Positions 7,914-16,123 of a stretch of DNA of 64,000 nucleotides are shown here, piece after piece (the stretch's first letter is position 1; the number at the start of each line of letters is the position of its first letter). A program made the position numbers and the translations under genes. The notes under the pieces were generated by a model. It was not told the DNA's origin. It worked only from the letters and a program-made list of their open reading frames with translations, and searched no databases. Origin of the DNA: a virus (taxonomy: Duplodnaviria > Caudoviricetes); IMG/VR virus record IMGVR_UViG_3300037483_000693, positions 137 through 64,136 of that record. One strand, given 5' to 3'.

Positions 7914-8771
7914 ATGACAGCCCGAGACCTGGGGGCCGCTGTCATCACCCGGTTCCTCGACGACAGCCGGGCACGCGGTCTCTCCACCGACGGAACCCTC
8001 CCCGGATGGCGTCGCACCCTCGACGCCCTCGCCCGCTGGGCCGACCAGCCCGTCCTCTACCTCACCGAGGACCAGCTCCGCGCCTGGGCCCGCGAGCGGG
8101 CGAAGGAGATCCTCCCCCAGACCCTCCACGGCTACGTCGTCTGCCTCCGAGCGTTCTACTCCTGGGCGGTCCGCACCGGCCTCCTCGCCGAGAACCCGGC
8201 CCTCGCCCTCGAACTACCGCGCCTGCCGAAACGGACCCCGGACCCGATCACCGAACGGGCGTACAGCCTGTGCGTCGACACCGCCCCCCTGGACCTCGCC
8301 GCCTGCTACGGCCTCGCCGGGTTCGCCGGTCTACGCGCCTGCGAGGTCGCCCGCCTCGCCTGGCCCGCCGTCCGGTGGGCCGAGCAGCTGCTCCGCCTCG
8401 ACGGGAAGGGCGACGTTGAGCGGGTCGTGCCGATGTCCGGGCCGCTGGCCGAGCTGCTCGTCCGGCTACCGTCCGGGCCGAGCGCCCGCCGGGGGCCGGT
8501 GATCCGCCGCCGCGACGGCGGGGCCGGCCACAACCGGCCGCACACCATCTCCCAGACCGCGAACACCTGGCTGGCCGACCACGACATCCCCTGGACGCTC
8601 CACAAGATGCGGCACCGGTTCGCCACCCGCCTCCTCGATGAGGGCGCGGACGTGCGGATCGTGCAGGAGGCCCTCGGGCATGCGTCCCTGTCGTCGACGG
8701 CGATCTACACGAAGGTCCGCCCGGAGCGGCTCCGTGCCGCGATCGAAGCCGCCGGCCGGATCATCGCCTGA
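7914..8771 (+). CDS. int: Short (285 aa) XerC-like tyrosine recombinase/integrase
   Basis: GLRACEV, GKG, HKMRH, LGH and AIYT catalytic motifs; no N-terminal arm-binding domain evident. Confidence 0.92.
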   Translation: MTARDLGAAVITRFLDDSRARGLSTDGTLPGWRRTLDALARWADQPVLYLTEDQLRAWARERAKEILPQTLHGYVVCLRAFYSWAVRTGLLAENPALALELPRLPKRTPDPITERAYSLCVDTAPLDLAACYGLAGFAGLRACEVARLAWPAVRWAEQLLRLDGKGDVERVVPMSGPLAELLVRLPSGPSARRGPVIRRRDGGAGHNRPHTISQTANTWLADHDIPWTLHKMRHRFATRLLDEGADVRIVQEALGHASLSSTAIYTKVRPERLRAAIEAAGRIIA

Positions 8772-8781
8772 TCAGTGCCGG

Positions 8782-9027
8782 TCAACCATTGACCCGGGGC
8801 CGGCCAGGGCGGCGCCTGCCAGCGGACAGCCACGGACGGATCGTCGACTCCCGCCACCGCAAACGCCGACGATTCGGAGGATCACCCAGTCCGTCATCCG
8901 GCGGCGGGATCCTCCCCGGCAGTGGCCTCGCAAGAGATGCCGCCACGTAAGACCGGATCGTTGACTCCGCCACGTCCCGCTCTCGGGCCACGTCCGTGAC
9001 GGTCAGCCAGCCATCCCCGTCATTCAC
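8782..9027 (-). CDS. AlpA/MerR/excisionase-like HTH protein
   Basis: WLTVTDVARERDVAESTIRSY...WRESTIRPW; GGAGG SD. Confidence 0.65.
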   Translation of the reverse strand: MNDGDGWLTVTDVARERDVAESTIRSYVAASLARPLPGRIPPPDDGLGDPPNRRRLRWRESTIRPWLSAGRRRPGRPRVNG

Positions 9028-9944
9028 GTCGCCGCCTCCCACGCCTCCGAGAACTCCTCGTCAGCGAACATCTCCGCCAGACCCGTCACCTGCTTCAGCC
9101 GAAGTACCTCGTCCGGCTCCATGCCCAGCTCCTTGCCGATCCGCGCGTCAGACCAGTTCCGGCGTGCCAGGTCGAGGACGATCTCCGACATGGCGTCCAC
9201 CTGGTGAACGCCGCGTGCCCGGTTGTGGCGGATCGTCGCCGCGATCCGGTCCTCCTTCGCCGACCGATCCCCGTTGATCACCGTGATGGGGAGCCGGCCA
9301 CCGACACGCTTCGCCACCCCGCCCACCTCCCGCGCGACCCGGTTGCGGTGGAACCCGTCGACGATCTCGTAGGAGTCCCCACCGTCATCGTCGGCCCAGG
9401 CCACGATCGGCTGCGTGTACCCGTCCGACATGATCGACAGCTTGAGGAGCTCCATCTCCGGTCGGGCGACGGTGTTCGGATTGTAGGAGTTGGCGTGCAC
9501 CTGGTCTTGAGGCACCCACAGGACACAGTCGACAGGCTCTCGACGCATCGGTGAGTGTTCGCGCAACGCGAGCCGGATCTCGTTGATGGCGTCCATCCGC
9601 TCCCCCTCCGGCAAGGACGAGAGCTCCTGGAACACAGCCCGAGCCATCCCTACGATCCCCGCCCGCCGAGGGTCTGGGCCAGCATCCGCCAACCTCAGAT
9701 CCAATGTCTCCTGCGCCTCCACGGCCCCTCCACCATCTTCGCTGTCCACTGTCGGCCATCTCCACCAGCTCTCGTGCCCGCAGCGCTCCTTGCGGCCCAC
9801 GACCCCCGCCGCGTACAGGTCCAGCAGTTCTGCGACCGCGTCTGACAGCGTCACTCCTGCTGCGGACGCGATGACCGGGGTGGTGGATCGCCGGAGTTTC
9901 CCGACCGGCGTAGACGCGAGCACCGCCTTCGTCATCTCGGTCAC
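9024..9944 (-). CDS. ibrB: IbrB-like ParB/sulfiredoxin-domain protein
   Basis: EPVDCVLWV, ANSYNPNTVARPEMELLKLSIMSDGYTQPIV, IVDGFHR, ATIRHNRARG. Confidence 0.85.
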   Translation of the reverse strand: MTEMTKAVLASTPVGKLRRSTTPVIASAAGVTLSDAVAELLDLYAAGVVGRKERCGHESWWRWPTVDSEDGGGAVEAQETLDLRLADAGPDPRRAGIVGMARAVFQELSSLPEGERMDAINEIRLALREHSPMRREPVDCVLWVPQDQVHANSYNPNTVARPEMELLKLSIMSDGYTQPIVAWADDDGGDSYEIVDGFHRNRVAREVGGVAKRVGGRLPITVINGDRSAKEDRIAATIRHNRARGVHQVDAMSEIVLDLARRNWSDARIGKELGMEPDEVLRLKQVTGLAEMFADEEFSEAWEAAT

Positions 9945-10336
9945 GGGGTCGCCACCTTCGTGAACCGGCCCTTCGCCCCAGTCGCCACCCATCCGGCGGC
10001 CAAGAAGACCGGGAGCGACCCGGCTGTGCACGTGGCCCGGGCCGGGCCGGGGAACGCATCCCGGCGTGCCTGCCACAACACCCGGTACACGCCAGCCCTC
10101 CGGGATGACGGCGCCACATACGCGGACAGGTAGGAGGTGACTCCTTTCGCCGCGGGCCGGGCCGCGCAGAATCCGACCACGGTCTTGCCGTCCACCGCGA
10201 CGAACCACGTCTTGTCGTCGTCGTCCCACATGTGACCACCAACCTCGGCGACGACCTCCCGCCTGGCCAGGAACGGGCCGAGCAATGCGTAGAACCCTCG
10301 GGTTCGGTTCGTCATCTGACGGACGACGATGCTCAC
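9941..10336 (-). CDS. GNAT-family acetyltransferase
   Basis: SAYVAPSSRRAGVYRVL acetyl-CoA-binding motif A; coupled to ibrA and ibrB. Confidence 0.75.
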   Translation of the reverse strand: MSIVVRQMTNRTRGFYALLGPFLARREVVAEVGGHMWDDDDKTWFVAVDGKTVVGFCAARPAAKGVTSYLSAYVAPSSRRAGVYRVLWQARRDAFPGPARATCTAGSLPVFLAAGWVATGAKGRFTKVATP

Positions 10337-11562
10337 AGGTCATACCCCCAGTCGGCGCGACGCTTCTTCATGAGCGCCTTGTATGCGTCGTACGCACCGG
10401 ACCGGTGCGCGCTGAAACTCAGTTCTTTACAGAGGAAGTCATTGCGTAGAAGCACCTTGCATATCCGTTTCCATGACGCGTGGCCCTTCTCTACCGGGCC
10501 GTCGTCTGGAATTACGCCACCTTCGTACCCGCGGTTCATCTCGTACCACCGCAGAAACACGGCGATCTTGTCACGGTAGTGGTCTGCGGTCGGCCCTGGC
10601 ATCGACTCAAGTAGTCGCCGCGCGAACTCCTCCCACGTGATGCCGTCCGGCTTCGTGATCTTTATCCGACCGAGCGCATTACCCGTAGTGTTGGCCTGGG
10701 CGGCCCCCCAGTTCGCGCCGTTCACTCTGGCGACGACACGGGCCCACGTCTCCGGCTCGATCACATGGAACAGCCACAGTCCGCGGCGCTGGTCGTCGCC
10801 GTACGGCTGGCAGATCCGCGCCTGGTGGATCGTCAGCCCGGCCTGCCACATCCGGTCGTACAGCCGGTTGTATGGCATCTTCTCCTTCGCCGTGTACCGC
10901 CAGATGTCCTCTGTCTGCCAGTCGTAGATCGGGTACGCGTTGTACACATTCCCGGTCACCCAGGTCGTCCACCGCAGTCCCTGGTAGGGGTTCTTGTCTC
11001 GGCGGGCGATGGACCGCCACCGGTTGAGGGACTCCTGTGTGCGAATGCCGACGAAACATGCCGTGAGCTTCCCCTCGGCACCGGGCACCCCATCCCGCGA
11101 GAACCAATCCCCAAACTGCGGGACGAACTCCTCGAACTCCATCCGGCGACGGAAGAACGGAAAGAAACCCTCATCGGTGATGGCCACCGCCGGCGGTCGC
11201 CGGATCCAGTCAGCCTCACGGTCCGGGTCCCAGCACATCCATTGCGGCTCGAACTGGGATACGGCGTTGCGGAGGTTGAGTGGTAGGGCGACCCAGTACG
11301 GGTCCGCTACGTCAGCCCACCGGCCCAAGGTCTCCAACGCGTAGTCGATGGTCAGCTTGTATTGACCCTCAAGGTCCACGAGCAGAACACCTACCCGCCG
11401 ACCCCGCGCCCTAGCCTCAGCGCAGACCAGGTCAAGCATAACTGAGGAGTCTTTGCCGGCGCTGAACGAAACGTAGATCTTGGGGAAGTCGTCGAAGACG
11501 CGTCTGATGCGCTGCTGAGCTCCTTCGAGGACGTTCATCCCGAGGTACCGCTTCGAGGACAT
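10333..11562 (-). CDS. ibrA: IbrA-like PAPS-reductase/PP-loop protein (DUF3440)
   Basis: IYVSFSAGKDS PP-loop, FVGIRTQESLNRW, YPIYDWQTEDIW, RICQPYGDDQRRGL, ICKVLLRNDFLC. Confidence 0.9.
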   Translation of the reverse strand: MSSKRYLGMNVLEGAQQRIRRVFDDFPKIYVSFSAGKDSSVMLDLVCAEARARGRRVGVLLVDLEGQYKLTIDYALETLGRWADVADPYWVALPLNLRNAVSQFEPQWMCWDPDREADWIRRPPAVAITDEGFFPFFRRRMEFEEFVPQFGDWFSRDGVPGAEGKLTACFVGIRTQESLNRWRSIARRDKNPYQGLRWTTWVTGNVYNAYPIYDWQTEDIWRYTAKEKMPYNRLYDRMWQAGLTIHQARICQPYGDDQRRGLWLFHVIEPETWARVVARVNGANWGAAQANTTGNALGRIKITKPDGITWEEFARRLLESMPGPTADHYRDKIAVFLRWYEMNRGYEGGVIPDDGPVEKGHASWKRICKVLLRNDFLCKELSFSAHRSGAYDAYKALMKKRRADWGYDL

Positions 11563-12998
11563 CAGACGTCACCCTCCTCGACCGCGCAGGGATCCACCCA
11601 TGTGAGGCCATGCCTGAGCATGGCGTCGACCTGGTCTCGGGTGATCTCCTCCGTCCCTCCAACTGGCGTGACCCGCAGGAACACCCGTTTACTCTTCTTC
11701 CAACTCGTGGGCCAGAACGCCTCATACGGGGCGTTCGGCGACAGGACCCACCGGGACGTGACCCCTCTAGACCCGGACCATGTGGCGTCCTGGTAGTCAC
11801 GGCGGGGTGGAAGGAACGCGCGCTGGTAGCCGAACTGCCGGTCGTGGCCAGTGACCTGCGCGAGCCACGGCTTGCAGTCCCCGATCCGCTCGGCTGAGAA
11901 CGCCGCCTTGAACCCCCGCGACTGGGGTATCGCGTCGACCGCGAGCTCTACCTCGTCGGCGAGGACGGGGGCAGCCTCATCCCAGGTGGCGGCCCGGACC
12001 AGGGCCAGGCGCATGCCGTCCTCCCGGTCCCGCGCGTCGAGGACCGACACGATGAGGGACACCATCCCCTCGTCCAGGGCATGCCAGCCGGGCGCAGAAT
12101 CGGGGACGGTGGCCTCTCCCGGCCGGGGCGCGACGACGGCGCGGAACACGCCGCCGGTCGGATACTCGTCGCCCCGTCGGCGGATCCGCCACGACGGCAG
12201 GGCTGGGACCGGGCGACATCCCATCCCGCAGCGTGCGGCGCGGTCCTTCCACACGCCGTGTCCGGCGCGGACGAGACGACCGCAGTCGGGGCACCAGTCG
12301 GTCCACCTGTTCGGCAGGTCGACCGGGGCCGCGTCACACGCTTGCGGTGTGGGGTGCTCGACAGTCCATCGTGGAGATGCGGTCAAGTCGTCCCACTCGC
12401 GCTCCAGCAGGCCTGCGCCTGCCGGGACCGGCTTGCCGCACCGGTGGCAGGGGCCGTCTCTCTCGTTGGGTTTCGGTGGGGCGGCCGGGCACTGGTCGGT
12501 GTGGCATACCTTGCTGGCCCCGCCGGTGGTGATGACGGACCCTCCGCCGCGGGGGATGCCCTGCCCGCACCGGTAGCAGTAGGCCGGGTACCGGTTTGGG
12601 ACGCCCGCAATAGGCGCCGCCCGCCATGTTTCTGCGGGAAGCCTGCGGGCTATGTAGGCCGTGATCCGGGGGCCTAGGGGCGCCTTCTGCCGCCACTCCT
12701 TGACGGTTTCCAGCCCGCCCGGGTGGACACGGAGTAGCCGGATCGATCTGCCCATGGGGTAGGTGTCGACTGCAACGATCAGCGTGCCGTGCTGGGCCCG
12801 GTAGCAACCTCCGGGCTGGAGGCTCTGCCCATCGAGTGCGTACGCCCCGGTCTTGTCTGGGCTGACGGCTTGGATGAGCCGACGCCATCCCTTGAGTGCA
12901 GCGGTCGGGATCGGGGCGATGACGATGATCGTCGAGTCATACCGGTCTGACTGGCCTGAGGGTGGGACGGTGGTCTCCGGACTGAGCCTGGCGGCCAT
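11562..12998 (-). CDS. Protein with three Zn-finger-like repeats
   Basis: CYRCG...CH, CHRCG...EH..C and CPDCG...C repeats, plus a distinct C-terminal domain. Confidence 0.6.
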   Translation of the reverse strand: MAARLSPETTVPPSGQSDRYDSTIIVIAPIPTAALKGWRRLIQAVSPDKTGAYALDGQSLQPGGCYRAQHGTLIVAVDTYPMGRSIRLLRVHPGGLETVKEWRQKAPLGPRITAYIARRLPAETWRAAPIAGVPNRYPAYCYRCGQGIPRGGGSVITTGGASKVCHTDQCPAAPPKPNERDGPCHRCGKPVPAGAGLLEREWDDLTASPRWTVEHPTPQACDAAPVDLPNRWTDWCPDCGRLVRAGHGVWKDRAARCGMGCRPVPALPSWRIRRRGDEYPTGGVFRAVVAPRPGEATVPDSAPGWHALDEGMVSLIVSVLDARDREDGMRLALVRAATWDEAAPVLADEVELAVDAIPQSRGFKAAFSAERIGDCKPWLAQVTGHDRQFGYQRAFLPPRRDYQDATWSGSRGVTSRWVLSPNAPYEAFWPTSWKKSKRVFLRVTPVGGTEEITRDQVDAMLRHGLTWVDPCAVEEGDV

Positions 12999-13001
12999 CG
13001 G

Positions 13002-13379
13002 TCAGCAGAACGAGAGTTCGTAGGACTCTTCCCGGGCGCATCGACCGCAGACCACGCCGGGGATGCCGGACGAGTCGAACCGCTCGTATCTGGCTCCGCG
13101 CCCGCCGCAGTTGTCGCACATGTCGGCGCGCGGCTGGCGGCGGATGGCGGCGGTTGCCTCGCGAGGCTCCGGCCGCGGGTGTCCGTAGGCCATCTTGACG
13201 CCGTCCACGGTGAATGGCTTGCCGACGCTGTCGATGGCGACGTCCTTGGTGCTGCCGGCTTTCGTGGTGACGGTGACCGGTTCGGCCTGGGACTGCGCAT
13301 GGTCGAGCGCCTCGTGGGTGGCGTAGACGACCCATTCGCCGCTCTTGGTCTTCCGCCAGGTGGCCTTCGCGTTGCTCAT
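13002..13379 (-). CDS. Hypothetical protein with a C-terminal CxxC-CxxC motif
   Basis: First gene after the promoter at 13413-13442; CDNC and CGRC. Confidence 0.65.
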   Translation of the reverse strand: MSNAKATWRKTKSGEWVVYATHEALDHAQSQAEPVTVTTKAGSTKDVAIDSVGKPFTVDGVKMAYGHPRPEPREATAAIRRQPRADMCDNCGGRGARYERFDSSGIPGVVCGRCAREESYELSFC

Positions 13380-13396
13380 GTCGACTCCCGCGTCTC

Positions 13397-13442
13397 GCGT
13401 CTGTTTAGACGCAATCTACATCGTCCACGCGGCACATATCAA
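13397..13442 (-). promoter_or_regulatory. Promoter and operator of the ibrA-GNAT-ibrB operon
   Basis: TTGATA-N18-TAGATT, immediately followed by the palindrome GCGTCT-N4-AGACGC (13397-13412). Confidence 0.6.
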
Positions 13443-13756
13443 GCTGGGTCAGCTCCGCTCGTGCCGGTCCAACCGTGGCCGTCCCACCAGCGCAGCCCGC
13501 CCGCCGCCGCGACCGCTGGGTCCGGATCCGGATACCAGCCGGGCGCCGCGGCCGACACCACCGGCAGGCCGCTGCGGACCGCGGTCAGTCCCCACACGAG
13601 CGCGGCGATCCACCCGATGACCGTCCACCCGAGCAGCACGTTCAACACCGAGATCGCCAACGTCTGGTGATGCCGCCTGACCGCAGCCACCCACGTCGGC
13701 ACCAGGTAGACGGCCATCACCATCAGCACGCCGAGCAGGCCACCGATCGTGTCCAT
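13439..13756 (-). CDS. Superinfection immunity membrane protein (T4 Imm-like) fused to a DUF2510-like motif
   Basis: YLVPTWVA...NVLLGWTVIGWIAALVW, then GWYPDP...LRWWDGHGWT. Confidence 0.75.
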   Translation of the reverse strand: MDTIGGLLGVLMVMAVYLVPTWVAAVRRHHQTLAISVLNVLLGWTVIGWIAALVWGLTAVRSGLPVVSAAAPGWYPDPDPAVAAAGGLRWWDGHGWTGTSGADPA

Positions 13757-14082
13757 CACGCGCCGCACCCCTGCTCGTGCTCGTGCTCGTGCCGGTCCCG
13801 CCACGCCTGCAGCTCGGCCACGTCGGCAGCCAGGCGATCTAGGGTCACCCGGGCCGCGCCGGGCGCCGCGACGATCCGCACCCCCCGACCCGGCTCCCCC
13901 ACCACCACCCCACCCGCCTTCAACGCGCCCACAGCCCGCTGCACCGGCCCCGGCGACACCCCAAACTCCCGGCACAACGCCACCGTCGACGGCAACAACC
14001 CACCGACCGGATACCGTCCGGCGCCGATCCGGACCCGCAGCTCATCGGCGATCTCCAGCCATGACCGCGGCCCGGCCGTCAT
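13756..14082 (-). CDS. GntR-family wHTH repressor (KorA/KorSA-like)
   Basis: IADELRVRIGAGRYPVGGLLPSTVALCREFGVSPGPVQRAVGALKAGG...GRG. Confidence 0.85.
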   Translation of the reverse strand: MTAGPRSWLEIADELRVRIGAGRYPVGGLLPSTVALCREFGVSPGPVQRAVGALKAGGVVVGEPGRGVRIVAAPGAARVTLDRLAADVAELQAWRDRHEHEHEQGCGA

Positions 14083-14108
14083 CGGCTGACCTGCGGGGAT
14101 CGTGCACG

Positions 14109-14208
14109 CATGGTGCACATGGTGCCGCAACAGCGACGGCCGGCACAGTCCGGCCGGGCCTGTTCGGCGTGCCGACCCTGGACAACCATACGCACTTAGT
14201 GCACCATG
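14109..14208. promoter_or_regulatory. Divergent control region with repeated operator motif
   Basis: CATGGTGCA at 14109, CATGGTGC at 14118, inverted TGCACCATG at 14200. Confidence 0.5.
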
Positions 14209-14213
14209 CTTGC

Positions 14214-14432
14214 GTGGACGCATCGCAGGCAGGGACGGCAGGGACGGCACTGGGCGCACTCCCGGCCCGGGTCCTGCTCGTCCGCGAAGTCGCAGACCAG
14301 CTCCGCGTCGACACGTCCACCGTGCTCCGCCTGATCGCCTCCGGGCAGCTCCACGCGCACCGGATCTCCGCCCGCTGCATCCGGATCCCGGAGCGGGCAC
14401 TCCTCGACTACCTGGCTGGTGGTGCCGCGTGA
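14214..14432 (+). CDS. Excisionase-like HTH_17 protein
   Basis: LLVREVADQLRVDTSTVLRLIASGQL...IRIPERAL. Confidence 0.75.
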   Translation: MDASQAGTAGTALGALPARVLLVREVADQLRVDTSTVLRLIASGQLHAHRISARCIRIPERALLDYLAGGAA

Positions 14433-14785
14433 CCGTCCCCGCCCTGCAGCTCGCCGACGTGTGCGAGTCGTGCCGGCAGCAGCCAGGCACCCGGTGGGTC
14501 ATCGGAGGCGACGGTGAGCCACCGTTCCTGGTCTGCCCGGGCTGCGCCCCCACCCCAATGTCAGCCTCCGCCCCGCCACCCTCTGGCACGGTCCCCCCGT
14601 CCGTGCCGGCGGGGCGGAGGCCCACCGTCCACCCGGCGGGCCTGGTCGTCCTGGCTGCCAGTGCCGGTGGTGCTGGGCTGGCCGGGATCACGGTCGGCGG
14701 CCCAGCCGGAACCGTCCTGGTCTACTGCGCGTTCGCCGGCGCCGCGGGCGTGGCGGTCCTGCGTGCCCTCGGGTACGCCCGGTGA
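14429..14785 (+). CDS. Membrane protein with an N-terminal CxxC-CxxC motif
   Basis: Two C-terminal hydrophobic helices; GTGA coupling. Confidence 0.55.
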   Translation: MTVPALQLADVCESCRQQPGTRWVIGGDGEPPFLVCPGCAPTPMSASAPPPSGTVPPSVPAGRRPTVHPAGLVVLAASAGGAGLAGITVGGPAGTVLVYCAFAGAAGVAVLRALGYAR

Positions 14786-15153
14786 TCCGGATCGTCGCCG
14801 CGGCCGCCGTGCTCGTCGCCGGCCTGCTGGTCCTGGCGACCGAGGGGGCGGCGATCGCGGACGCTCTGCTGCGGATCGTGCTGGTGCTGGTGGCCGGCGC
14901 CGCTGCCCTCACCGTGATCATCGTTGGTGGCGTGGTCCTGGTCCGCCGTCTGGTCAGGCCGAGTGAGCAGCCGGCACCGCAGGTCCCGGATCACTCCCAG
15001 GAGCTCCCAGCGCCGGACGCTCCCTGCGCTCGTGGTTGCGGCCGGACGGGGACCGTGCTGATCGCCGGGGCCGGTTCCCTGCCGACGCTGGTGTGTCAGC
15101 GGTGCGCTGACGTGCACACCGGCCGGATCCAGCCTCGTGGGGCGACCCAATGA
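14782..15153 (+). CDS. Small membrane protein
   Basis: Two N-terminal TM segments; C-terminal CxxxC/CxxC. Confidence 0.55.
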   Translation: MIRIVAAAAVLVAGLLVLATEGAAIADALLRIVLVLVAGAAALTVIIVGGVVLVRRLVRPSEQPAPQVPDHSQELPAPDAPCARGCGRTGTVLIAGAGSLPTLVCQRCADVHTGRIQPRGATQ

Positions 15154-15159
15154 ACGCGC

Positions 15160-15294
15160 CCGTTCCGGAAGTACTCATCCGGAACGGCTGCGTTGTGGCG
15201 CCGGATCGGGGAGCGCGTCCTGCACCGATGCCGTTCCGAAAGTCCGTTCCAACCGTCCGGCCGTCCCGGTCGGCTCCCACCCACTTCCGGAACG
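15160..15294. promoter_or_regulatory. res-like site of the serine resolvase
   Basis: 28-bp site CCGTTCCGGA-AGTACTCA-TCCGGAACGG (15160-15187), with further CCGTTCC/GGAACG half-sites at 15231, 15244 and 15285-15294 just upstream of the resolvase. Confidence 0.7.
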
Positions 15295-15313
15295 ACAGCA
15301 AGGGGGAACCCAG

Positions 15314-16123
15314 ATGACCATGCTCGGCTACGCCCGCGTCTCCACCACTGACCAGGACCCCGGCCCGCAGGTCGCGCAGCTGCGCGCCGCCGGCTGTGAC
15401 CGGGTCTTCGTCGAGTCCGCGTCCGGGTACCGCGATGACCGGCCCGAGCTGGCCGCGCTGCTGGACTACGCGCGCGACGGCGACGTGATCGTGATCTGGC
15501 GGCTGGACCGGCTCGCCCGCTCCACCACCCACCTGCTGACCCTGTCCGCGGACCTGGACGCCCGCGGGGTCGGCCTCAAGTCCCTGTCCGACCCGATCGA
15601 CACGACCACGGCGACCGGCAAGTTGATCTACACGCTGCTCGCGGCCATCGCAGAGTTCGAGGGCAACCTGCGCCGGGAACGTCAGCAGTTGGCGTGGGAG
15701 GCCGGGAAGCCGAAGGGTCGCCCGCCGACGCTGACCGGCGACCAGCGGTCGCTGGCCGCACGGTTGCGGGGTGAGGGTAAGTCGCTGGCGGAGATCGGGC
15801 GGGCGGTCGGCGCGCCGAAGACAACGATCCACCGGCACCTCACCGCGCTCCTAGCCGTGATCCGCGGCCGACGCACAGCGCCACTCGCCGTGTCCCTGCT
15901 CGCGTTCGCGGTGCTCGCCGGGTTCGGCGTCGTCTCAATGCTGGCCGTCGCTGCCGGCGCGACGTCGCCGCTGCTGCTGCCCGGGCTGGTGGCCACCGCG
16001 CTGACGATGCTGGTCTTACAGGGCTGCACCGCCAGTGCGCCTGCCGGGGCGCGGGGGCCGGTGAGGGTCCGTCCGCCGGTCCGGATCCGCCCGATCATGC
16101 CGATGGCGGTGGCCTGGTCATGA
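15314..16123 (+). CDS. Small serine recombinase (resolvase) read through into a two-TM C-terminal extension
   Basis: GYARVST, RPEL, WRLDRLARS, AEFE and a C-terminal HTH; then LAVSLLAFAVLAGFG... hydrophobic hairpin. Confidence 0.85.
   Translation: MTMLGYARVSTTDQDPGPQVAQLRAAGCDRVFVESASGYRDDRPELAALLDYARDGDVIVIWRLDRLARSTTHLLTLSADLDARGVGLKSLSDPIDTTTATGKLIYTLLAAIAEFEGNLRRERQQLAWEAGKPKGRPPTLTGDQRSLAARLRGEGKSLAEIGRAVGAPKTTIHRHLTALLAVIRGRRTAPLAVSLLAFAVLAGFGVVSMLAVAAGATSPLLLPGLVATALTMLVLQGCTASAPAGARGPVRVRPPVRIRPIMPMAVAWS

Noticed and set aside
8780-8794. GGTCAA-CCA-TTGACC palindrome after int as an att core
   Set aside because: Short, overlaps the stop of the convergent gene, and could equally be a weak terminator.
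9024-11562. Canonical Dnd/Ssp phosphorothioation system
   Set aside because: No cysteine desulfurase, DndD/E or SspB/C/E genes; the proteins match the IbrA/IbrB pattern instead.
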